DNA from: Burkholderiales bacterium
Lineage (GTDB): Bacteria; Pseudomonadota; Gammaproteobacteria; Burkholderiales; SG8-41
Assembly (NCBI GenBank): GCA_030683105.1
Contig: JAUXMZ010000027.1
Span: forward strand, 12,316 to 76,315
Reading direction: 5' to 3'
DNA: 64,000 bases
Part shown: positions 46,845 through 56,499 of the stretch, piece by piece
How positions within the stretch are numbered: position 1 is the first letter of the stretch
How the letters are laid out: every line of letters starts with the position of its first letter
Program-made: the position numbers and the translations under genes
The notes under the pieces: generated by a model
The model's database searches: none
What the model was told of the DNA's origin: nothing
What the model saw: only the letters and a program-made list of their open reading frames with translations

Positions 46845-47195
46845 TCATATCTTGACGTTTCTATGCAGCCCGGAGAGTAATTGTCCTACGCGATCAAGGT
46901 GGGTGAATATCTCGTGCTCCAGCGACATATATTCTAACTCTGCTGCGATAAGCATCTGCGTTTCCAATTCGCTGAGAGAGCCCTTGGAGATGCTAATGAA
47001 CTGAGCAAATTCTTTCTTCGACGATCGTGCAGCGCCTTCCGCGAGGGTGCTCGGCATCGATATTGCGGCACGCCGCATCTGGGCCGTCAGTCCATATAGC
47101 GCCTCTTTGGAAAACGCTTGTGTGACTAGGCAGGTCATCTTCACAAGGCGCATGGCTTGCTGCCATGCATCTAGATTTTGATGTGGCCTTGCCAT
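46845..47195 (-). CDS. Four-helix-bundle protein (23S rRNA intervening-sequence protein family), copy 1
   Basis: Start taken at MARPHQNLDAWQQAM. LAEGAAR...KGSLSELETQ...LLSGLHRNV are family hallmarks. 116 aa. Confidence 0.85.
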   Translation of the reverse strand: MARPHQNLDAWQQAMRLVKMTCLVTQAFSKEALYGLTAQMRRAAISMPSTLAEGAARSSKKEFAQFISISKGSLSELETQMLIAAELEYMSLEHEIFTHLDRVGQLLSGLHRNVKI

Positions 47196-47229
47196 TAACG
47201 ATTCACGAATTACGATTAACGAATCACGG
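47196..47229. repeat. Heptamer array, inverted partner of 46767-46839
   Basis: The plus strand TAACGATTCACGAATTACGATTAACGAATCACGG is the complement of GTGATTC GTTAATC GTAATTC GTGAATC GTTA. It abuts the copy-1 ATG and contains the rfbA stop. Confidence 0.85.
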
Positions 47230-48096
47230 TTCTTGAAGAATATTGCGCAGGTAATGCGCATAGGGATTGTTGTTGCTCATCGAGGCGGCGATTGTTTCCA
47301 GCTCGCCGGCGGTGATATATCCCATGCGGTAGGCGATTTCCTCGGGGCAGGCGATTTTCAGGCCCTGGCGTTTTTCGATGGTCTCGATGAATAGCGATGC
47401 TTCGAGCAAGGAGGCATGAGTGCCAGTATCGAGCCAGGCGACGCCGCGGCCCAGCAGGACGACATTCAGCTCGCCGCGGCGCAGATACTCATTGCTGATG
47501 TCGGTGATCTCGAGTTCGCCGCGCGCGGAAGGTTTCAGGGCGCGGGCGATGTCGATGACTTTGTTGTCATAGACGAAGAATCCAGTGACCGCAAATTTTG
47601 ATTTGGGGTGCTTGGGTTTCTCCTCGATCGAGATCACTTTCCGGTTCTTGTCGAACTCGACGACGCCGGAGCGCTCCGGGTCCTGCACCTGATAGGCGAA
47701 GATCGTCGCACCTGTCGTCTTTTCGGTTGCGGCCTGCATGTCGGTGGTCAGGTCATGGCCGTAAAAGATGTTGTCGCCAAGGATCAGTGTGCACGGCCCA
47801 TCTCCGATAAAATCGGCGCCGATTGTAAAGGCTTGTGGCAAGCCTTTGGGCTCCTGCTGCACCGCGTAGGACAGATTAAGGCCCCAGCGGCGCCCGTCGC
47901 CGAGAAGTTGTTCGAAGCGCGGCGTATCCTGCGGCGTCGAGATCAGCAGGATATCGCGGATGCCAGCGAGCATCAAAGTCGACAGCGGATAGTAAATCAT
48001 CGGCTTGTCGTAGACTGGCAGCAGCTGCTTGGAGACGACCTGGGTCGCGGGGTAGAGGCGGGTGCCGGAGCCGCCGGCGAGGATGATGCCTTTCAT
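47224..48096 (-). CDS. rfbA: Glucose-1-phosphate thymidylyltransferase
   Basis: [18 protein letters not shown]...[16 protein letters not shown]. Confidence 0.92.
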   Translation of the reverse strand: MKGIILAGGSGTRLYPATQVVSKQLLPVYDKPMIYYPLSTLMLAGIRDILLISTPQDTPRFEQLLGDGRRWGLNLSYAVQQEPKGLPQAFTIGADFIGDGPCTLILGDNIFYGHDLTTDMQAATEKTTGATIFAYQVQDPERSGVVEFDKNRKVISIEEKPKHPKSKFAVTGFFVYDNKVIDIARALKPSARGELEITDISNEYLRRGELNVVLLGRGVAWLDTGTHASLLEASLFIETIEKRQGLKIACPEEIAYRMGYITAGELETIAASMSNNNPYAHYLRNILQEP

Positions 48097-48104
48097 GGTT
48101 TTGG

Positions 48105-48141
48105 GTGATTAAGTGATTGGGTGATGGAGTGATGGGGTGGT
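48105..48141. repeat. 8-nt array (GTGATTAA GTGATTGG GTGATGGA GTGATGGG GTGGT), one arm flanking four-helix-bundle gene 2
   Basis: Read directly. Confidence 0.85.
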
Positions 48142-48492
48142 TTACTGGGTTACGTTTCTGTGAAGGCCGGAAAGCAATCGCGATACCTCCTCCACTAACT
48201 GGAAAACCCCGTGCTTCTGGTCAAGATAACCCAGTTCCACTGAAATCAATAGTTGTGTTTCCAATTCGCTTAATGAACCTTTGGCGATACTCAGGAATTG
48301 TGCGAACTTTTTCCGTCCCGTTCTGGCCGCGCCTTCAGCGAGGTTGCTGGGAATGGAAATCGCCGCGCGTTGCATCTGAGCGGTGAGGCCGTATATTTCT
48401 TCACGAGGAAACGTTCGTGTGGTTTCATAAATGCTTTTGACCAATACCATCGCAGCCTTCCACGCTTCAAGATTGTAATGTGGTCTGGTCAC
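48142..48492 (-). CDS. Four-helix-bundle protein (23S rRNA intervening-sequence protein family), copy 2
   Basis: GTG start. 71/116 residues identical to copy 1 by hand alignment, with the same hallmarks. Confidence 0.85.
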   Translation of the reverse strand: MTRPHYNLEAWKAAMVLVKSIYETTRTFPREEIYGLTAQMQRAAISIPSNLAEGAARTGRKKFAQFLSIAKGSLSELETQLLISVELGYLDQKHGVFQLVEEVSRLLSGLHRNVTQ

Positions 48493-48504
48493 GCGGCGTT
48501 TTCC

Positions 48505-48530
48505 TAATCACTCAATCACTTAATTACTTT
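48505..48530. repeat. 8-nt array (AATCACTC AATCACTT AATTACTT), inverted partner of 48105-48141
   Basis: Read directly. Confidence 0.85.
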
Positions 48531-48535
48531 ATGAC

Positions 48536-49594
48536 CTATTGCCTGGCCGAATAATGCGTTTCGATCCATTTCCGGTAATCTCCCGTTTGAACAGACGCCA
48601 CCCAGTCCATGTGATCGAAGTACCATTGCACGGTTTTGCGCAGCCCGGTATCGAAGGCCTCGCGCGGTTTCCAGCCGAGTTCTGACTCAATTTTCGCCGT
48701 GTCGATCGCGTAGCGCCGATCGTGGCCCGGACGGTCCTTCACGTAAGAGATCAGTTTGGAATGCGGCGCCGAGTTTGCCCGCTGTCCGTCGATTATGGTG
48801 CAGATCGTCCTGACCACATCAAGATTGGTCTTCTCGCTGTTGCCGCCGATATTGTATGTTTCCCCCAGGCGGCCCTGTTGCAGCACCAGCCGGATCGCCG
48901 TGCAGTGATCGCCGACATAAAGCCAGTCGCGCACATTGAGGCCGTCGCCATAGACCGGCAATGGCTTGCCGTGGACGGCGTTCAGGATGACCAGCGGGAT
49001 CAGCTTTTCGGGAAACTGCAGCGGACCGTAGTTGTTGGAGCAATTGGTGGTGATGGTCGGCAGACCGTACGTGTGGTGATAAGCACGCACCAGGTGGTCG
49101 GATCCCGCCTTGGATGCTGCATAAGGGCTGTTGGGCGCGTAAGGGGTGGTTTCCACGAAGGCCGGATCGTCACGCCCGAGCGAGCCATAGACTTCGTCGG
49201 TCGAGACGTGCAGGAAGCGGAAGCGGCTTTTTGCCGGTTCCGCAAGCTGCGACCAGTAGGCGCGGGCTTCTTCCAGCAGGCTGAAGGTGCCGACGACGTT
49301 GGTCTGCACAAATTCAGCGGGTCCGTGGATCGAGCGGTCAACATGGCTTTCCGCCGCGAAATGGACGATAGCTTCAGGCTGGTGATGCTCGAGCAACCGG
49401 GCGACGAGCGCACGGTCGCAGATGTCGCCTTTTACGAAAATGTGCCGCGCATCGTCCTTCAGGCTTGCCAGATTGCCGGGGTTGCCGGCATAGGTGAGCT
49501 TGTCGAGAGTCACGACCGGCGAGGCTTCGGCTGCGATCCAGTCCAGGACAAAATTCGAACCAATGAATCCCGCTCCGCCGGTAACCAGAATCAC
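48536..49594 (-). CDS. rfbB: dTDP-glucose 4,6-dehydratase
   Basis: [23 protein letters not shown] and [11 protein letters not shown] motifs. Confidence 0.92.
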   Translation of the reverse strand: MILVTGGAGFIGSNFVLDWIAAEASPVVTLDKLTYAGNPGNLASLKDDARHIFVKGDICDRALVARLLEHHQPEAIVHFAAESHVDRSIHGPAEFVQTNVVGTFSLLEEARAYWSQLAEPAKSRFRFLHVSTDEVYGSLGRDDPAFVETTPYAPNSPYAASKAGSDHLVRAYHHTYGLPTITTNCSNNYGPLQFPEKLIPLVILNAVHGKPLPVYGDGLNVRDWLYVGDHCTAIRLVLQQGRLGETYNIGGNSEKTNLDVVRTICTIIDGQRANSAPHSKLISYVKDRPGHDRRYAIDTAKIESELGWKPREAFDTGLRKTVQWYFDHMDWVASVQTGDYRKWIETHYSARQ

Positions 49595-49785
49595 GTGCTG
49601 TCGCTCCCTTTCGATGATAATCGCCCGCCCTGGCTGCGGTGGCCTGGGGCCTCGACGCTGCCATGGCAGACACGCCTATGCCGCATCCCGATTCGGGCGG
49701 GAGAAATACCCCGTATTCTATGCGCAAGTGCAGTTTGCGTGTAGGCTAATGCCGGCGGCGCGTCACGGTAAAATATGCTGACGAA

Positions 49786-50739
49786 ATGAAAAAAATCCTG
49801 CTCGTCAAAACGTCGTCCATGGGGGATGTGGTCCACAATCTGCCTGTTGCCAGCGATATTCGATTCTCGATCCCGGACGCGCGCATAGACTGGGTCGTGG
49901 AGGAGCCGTTTGCGGCCATCCCGCGTCTGCATGCCGCCGTCGAGCGGGTGATCCCGGTGGCGGTGCGGCGCTGGCGCAAGAGCCTGTGGCGCCGGCAGAC
50001 CAGGGACGAAATCCGGGAGTTTCTGCGGCAGTTGCGCGAGCAGGCCTATGACGCCGTAATCGATACCCAGGGACTGCTGAAAAGCGCGTTGGTTGCCCGT
50101 GCGGCCAGGGGCAGGCGTTTTGGCCTGGATTGGGCGAGCGCACGTGAACCGCTCGCGTGGTTTTATGACCAGAACTTCAACGTGCCCTGGACCCTGCATG
50201 CCGTGGAGCGCAATCGCGCGCTTGCCGCGCAGGCGCTGGGCTATGCACTTCCGGCGCAGGTCAATTATGGCGCGCGCGCCATGCCGGGGAAATTTTCCTG
50301 GATGACGGCGGATCGCTATGCCGTGCTGCTGCACGCCACCAGTGCCGACCGCAAGTTGTGGCAGGAGGCGAACTGGATCGATCTGGGCCGCTATTTCATG
50401 AACCGGGGCATTACCTGCGTATTGCCGTGGGGCAATAGTGCCGAGCGCGCGCGCGGCCTCAGGCTCGTGTCGCAGATTTCCGGGGCAATCGTGCCCCCGG
50501 CCCTGGAGTTGGGTGATTTGGCGGTATTGTTGGCTGGCGCGAATGCTGCAGCCGGTGTCGACACCGGGCTGCTGCACCTCGCCGCAGCCCTGGGCGTGCC
50601 TACGATAGGCATCTATTGCGCGACGGATCCCGGGGCCACCGGCATCTATGCCTGTCAGCGAGGACTCAATCTGGGGGGCGCCGGGAAGCCGCCTGCGGCT
50701 AATGAGGTCATCGCGGCGTTGGAGCATATCCTCGCATGA
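49786..50739 (+). CDS. waaC: LPS heptosyltransferase I
   Basis: MKKILLVKTSSMGDVVHNLPVASDI and GVDTGLLHLAAALGVPT motifs. Directly upstream of waaA. Confidence 0.85.
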   Translation: MKKILLVKTSSMGDVVHNLPVASDIRFSIPDARIDWVVEEPFAAIPRLHAAVERVIPVAVRRWRKSLWRRQTRDEIREFLRQLREQAYDAVIDTQGLLKSALVARAARGRRFGLDWASAREPLAWFYDQNFNVPWTLHAVERNRALAAQALGYALPAQVNYGARAMPGKFSWMTADRYAVLLHATSADRKLWQEANWIDLGRYFMNRGITCVLPWGNSAERARGLRLVSQISGAIVPPALELGDLAVLLAGANAAAGVDTGLLHLAAALGVPTIGIYCATDPGATGIYACQRGLNLGGAGKPPAANEVIAALEHILA

Positions 50740-51986
50740 TCAGATCGCGTTTCGGATATACGCTGCTGCTGTACGCTCTGCTGCCGCTAGTATTGCTACG
50801 CCTGGTGTGGCGCGCGCGGCGCCAGCCTGCTTACCTCAGGTACATCCCCGAACGCTTTGGTTTTTACCGGCAACAGGCGACGCGGCCGCTGGTCTGGCTG
50901 CATGCGGTGTCGGTCGGGGAGACCCGGGCGGTGGCGCCGCTGATCACGGCGCTGCAGGATCGATATCCCGGGCACCAGATTTTGCTGACCCACATGACCC
51001 CGACGGGTCGCGAGACGGGAGAGGCGATATTCGGCACCGATGTCTTGCGGTGTTATTTGCCGTACGACTATCCGGGGGCGGTTGCGCGCTTTCTTGAATA
51101 CTTTAAACCCAAGGCCGGGGTGCTGATGGAAACCGAGATCTGGGCCAACCTGATCCACGGTTGCAGCCAGCGGCAGATCCCGCTGTATCTCGTCAATGCC
51201 CGTTTATCGGAGAAGTCGTTCGCCCGCTACCGGCGGTTCGCCGTGCTGGCACGCAAGAGCCTGGGGGAACTGAGTGCGGTTGCAGCCCAAACTCGCGATG
51301 ATGCCGGGCGCTTGTCGGAGTTGGGTGCCGCGAACGTGACCGTTGCCGGCAACATCAAATTCGACATCGTGCCGCCAGCCGCGCAACTGGAACTGGGCCG
51401 CGTCTGGCGCACAGGCTACGGCGAGGGCCGGCCGGTATTGCTCGCCGCCAGCACGCGTGATGGGGAGGAGGACATGCTGCTGGACGCGCTGGAACAGCTT
51501 GCCGTACCGTCACTGCTGACCGTGGTCGTGCCCCGTCATCCGCAGCGCTTCGATCAGGTCGCGGCATTGATGGCGCGTCGCGGCATCTGTTTTCAGCGCC
51601 GCAGCAGCGAAGCGGCCATTGCGGCGGAAACCCGGGTCCTGCTGGGCGACAGCATGGGCGAGATGTTCGCCTACTATGCGGCGTGCGATGTCGCTTTCAT
51701 CGGTGGCAGCCTGCTGCCATACGGCGGACAGAATCTGATCGAAGCGTGCGCGGCGGGCAAGCCGGTGCTGGTCGGGCCGCACACCTATAATTTTTCGGAA
51801 GCAACCGAGCTGGCGATCGCGGCGGGTGCCGCAATTCGCGTCAGGGACATCGGTGAACTCACGCAAGTTGTGCGGCGCTTGCTGATGGACCGGGCTGAGG
51901 TGACGCGCATGGCGGGTGCCGCGCTCGCGTTCAGCAGGGCACATCAGGGGGCCACACAGCGCGTATTGGAATTGCTGCGGTTCTAA
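50736..51986 (+). CDS. waaA: 3-deoxy-D-manno-octulosonic acid (Kdo) transferase
   Basis: 416 aa with WLHAVSVGE and GGSLLPYGGQNLIEA motifs. Confidence 0.9.
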   Translation: MIRSRFGYTLLLYALLPLVLLRLVWRARRQPAYLRYIPERFGFYRQQATRPLVWLHAVSVGETRAVAPLITALQDRYPGHQILLTHMTPTGRETGEAIFGTDVLRCYLPYDYPGAVARFLEYFKPKAGVLMETEIWANLIHGCSQRQIPLYLVNARLSEKSFARYRRFAVLARKSLGELSAVAAQTRDDAGRLSELGAANVTVAGNIKFDIVPPAAQLELGRVWRTGYGEGRPVLLAASTRDGEEDMLLDALEQLAVPSLLTVVVPRHPQRFDQVAALMARRGICFQRRSSEAAIAAETRVLLGDSMGEMFAYYAACDVAFIGGSLLPYGGQNLIEACAAGKPVLVGPHTYNFSEATELAIAAGAAIRVRDIGELTQVVRRLLMDRAEVTRMAGAALAFSRAHQGATQRVLELLRF

Positions 51987-51997
51987 CGAGTAGATCG

Positions 51998-52100
51998 GTG
52001 ATTGAGTAATTAAGTAATTGAGTGATTGAGTGATTTTGGCAGTCACAACAGCAGCCTAGGCTGCTGTTAATCACCCAGTCACCCAATCACTTAATCACTG
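51998..52100. repeat. Inverted short-period array, 8-nt units (5 left, 31-nt core, 4 right) between convergent waaA and tolC
   Basis: GTGATTGA GTAATTAA GTAATTGA GTGATTGA GTGATTTT ... AATCACCC AGTCACCC AATCACTT AATCACTG. The core holds a perfect 22-nt palindrome, AACAGCAGCCTAGGCTGCTGTT (52047-52068). Confidence 0.9.
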
Positions 52101-52109
52101 CTTTACGCC

Positions 52110-53450
52110 TTACTTGACCGCCAGCCACGCATTGACCTGGGTGAGGTCATCTTCCGCGAGTCGTCCCACAGCGGCCTTGAGTTTCAGCATGGACAGGATG
52201 TAGTTGTAGGTCGCCTGCGCCAGATCACGCCGGGTCGAGAACAGCTGCTGTTGCGCATTGAGCACGTCGACCTGGGTTCTGACGCCGACTTCCAGCCCCA
52301 GGCGGGTGGAGGCGAGACTGCTTTGGCTGGACACCAGCGCTGCTTGCAGCGCTTTGATCTGCGCGGCACCATTCGCCACGCCCAAAAATGCCTGGCGTGT
52401 GCCGAGTTCGGCCGTGCGCCGGGCATTATCCAGATCCTGGCGCGCCTTGTCCTCGTTGGCCAGCGCCTCGCGCACACGGGAACTGGTCAAGCCACCCTGG
52501 TAAATCGGCACGGACAGTTGCAGTCCGATCACGCGGGACGTGGTGTCCGTGCCGGCACCCCCCTGCAAACCGGAGCCGGAACCTGACTCGCTGTACGAGG
52601 CCACGGCATCGAGCGTGGGCAGATGACCGCCGCGATTGCGTTTGACCTCCTGGGTTGCGAAGGTCAATCCAAACTGGCTGAGTTGCACCTGCAGATTGGC
52701 GCGGGCCGCATCCTGCACCCAGTCATCCATGCGGTTGGGCTCGGGCAGCATCAGCGAAAACTGCTTGCCCAGAAGTGAGAGCACCGGCGCCGGTTTGCCT
52801 ATGAGTTGCTCCAGGGCGCGGTACTTGATTTCCAGATCGTTGTTTGCGGCAATTTCCTGCGATACCGTCAGATCGTAGCGCGCCTGGGCATCGTGCTGAT
52901 CGGTGATGGTGGCGGTGCCCACCTCGAAGTTGCGCTTGGCCTGGGCCAGTTGTTCGGCTATGGCTGTTTTTTGTGCGCCGGCGAAGGCCACGTTGTCCTG
53001 CGCCAGCAGTATGTCGAAGTAAGCCTGCGCTGCCCGGACGATCAAATCCTGGGCTACCAGCGCAAGCTGCACGTCGGTCTGCGCCACCTGGGTTTTAGCC
53101 TGCTCGTACTGCGTATAGTTTTGTGCCCGAAACAGCGGCTGGGTCAATGACAGCGTTACGGCGTTGGAGTTGAACTGGCCCACCGAACCGGGTATAGCCG
53201 GGTTTCGAAAATTGATTTCGCGGTCGTTATGCTGGGTAGACGCCGATAGGTTGAGTTGGGGCAATAGTCCGGCGCGCCCCTGAGGCAGTTTTTCCTGACC
53301 TGCGGTCCATGCCGCACGCGCTGAGGCATACACTGCGTCCGAGCTTCGCGCTTCTTTGTAAATATCAATTAAATCAGCGGCATAGGAATTTACCGCGGGT
53401 GTCACGGCAAGCGCCAACGCAAGCGTAAGGGGGGTGAGGATGCGCATCAT
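52110..53450 (-). CDS. tolC: TolC-family outer-membrane efflux protein
   Basis: Start taken at MMRILTPLTLALALAVTPAVNSYA (signal peptide), followed by a two-repeat OEP architecture. The longer ORF-track start would translate the upstream repeat array. Confidence 0.85.
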   Translation of the reverse strand: MMRILTPLTLALALAVTPAVNSYAADLIDIYKEARSSDAVYASARAAWTAGQEKLPQGRAGLLPQLNLSASTQHNDREINFRNPAIPGSVGQFNSNAVTLSLTQPLFRAQNYTQYEQAKTQVAQTDVQLALVAQDLIVRAAQAYFDILLAQDNVAFAGAQKTAIAEQLAQAKRNFEVGTATITDQHDAQARYDLTVSQEIAANNDLEIKYRALEQLIGKPAPVLSLLGKQFSLMLPEPNRMDDWVQDAARANLQVQLSQFGLTFATQEVKRNRGGHLPTLDAVASYSESGSGSGLQGGAGTDTTSRVIGLQLSVPIYQGGLTSSRVREALANEDKARQDLDNARRTAELGTRQAFLGVANGAAQIKALQAALVSSQSSLASTRLGLEVGVRTQVDVLNAQQQLFSTRRDLAQATYNYILSMLKLKAAVGRLAEDDLTQVNAWLAVK

Positions 53451-53455
53451 GCTCA

Positions 53456-53538
53456 AGTGATGGAGTGATGGAGTGATTGAGTGATCAGGCATTAGATGGG
53501 TCTCGCTAAGCATTATTTACTAAATCACTAAATCACTA
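53456..53538. repeat. Inverted short-period array, 8-nt units (4 left, 28-nt core, ~3 right)
   Basis: AGTGATGG x2 AGTGATTG AGTGAT ... TATTTACT A AATCACTA AATCACTA. The last unit contains the pcm stop codon. Confidence 0.85.
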
Positions 53539-54204
53539 GAATACAAACCGTTCCGGCTGCGGCGCGTTTTTGAGCGACGTAATGCAGGTCTCAAACAGGA
53601 CGACCGAATTATAGACCCCGGCCGAGACACAGGTGATCAACCGCGCTTCCATGACCGGCGACTCTCCAACCACCGCGAGCAGCCGCCCGCCTGGCTTGAG
53701 GTTTTTCTGAAACGCTTCCGGCAACACCGGCACCGATCCGGTCAGCACGATCACATCATAGGGCCCGTGTTTGTCCCAGCCACGGGCCGCGTCGCCGGTT
53801 TCGAGCGTGACGTTGATAATGCCGTGTGCCGCGAGCTTGGCGGCAGCCGACTGAGTGAACTCGGAAATGATGTCTACACTGTAAACGTGGTTTCCCAGGC
53901 TGGCGAGCAGCGCCGTCATATAGCCGCTGCCGGTGCCGACTTCGAGTATGCGGTCGGAACTCTCGAGGCCAAGTTCCTGCAGCATGCGCGCTTCGATCTT
54001 GGGCGGGAGCATCTTTTCGCCATGGCCCAGCGGAATTTCCATGTCGGAGAAAGCCAGCGCGCGGTACTGCTCGGGCACGTAATCTTCGCGATGTACGCGG
54101 AGCAGCAGGTCCAGCACCTGCTGGTCGAGAACATCCCATGGCCTGATTTGCTGTTCGACCATATTGAAGCGTGCGCGCTCAAAGTCCAATTGGGGGGTGG
54201 TCAT
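53536..54204 (-). CDS. pcm: Protein-L-isoaspartate O-methyltransferase family protein
   Basis: ILEVGTGSGYMTALLA motif I. 222 aa with PCMT-like spacing. Confidence 0.75.
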   Translation of the reverse strand: MTTPQLDFERARFNMVEQQIRPWDVLDQQVLDLLLRVHREDYVPEQYRALAFSDMEIPLGHGEKMLPPKIEARMLQELGLESSDRILEVGTGSGYMTALLASLGNHVYSVDIISEFTQSAAAKLAAHGIINVTLETGDAARGWDKHGPYDVIVLTGSVPVLPEAFQKNLKPGGRLLAVVGESPVMEARLITCVSAGVYNSVVLFETCITSLKNAPQPERFVF

Positions 54205-54329
54205 ATGAGTCGGTTCCGGAAAGTAATAATTGGGTTAAGCGGCCGGGGGTGAGGGAGGTGCGGATATCTACTCCGGGCCTCGGCGCGTTACTGCTTGCAA
54301 TTATCCCACAATTGGATTAGTTTTTGCGT

Positions 54330-56381
<2,052 letters not shown>

Positions 56382-56499
56382 TCTATCGTGGGGGTTTCGA
56401 TGCGGGGGGCTCGGTTACGTCTTCTTACAAACCGCGTACCCCGCTTTACACGGCGCCCTGTAGAATGCCTGCTTTACATGGCATTTTCCTAATTCTGAT

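Noticed and set aside
46845-48492. Four-helix-bundle genes as Avd components of a diversity-generating retroelement
   Set aside because: No reverse transcriptase ORF, template/variable repeat pair or target gene with a C-type-lectin-like end is visible anywhere in the window.
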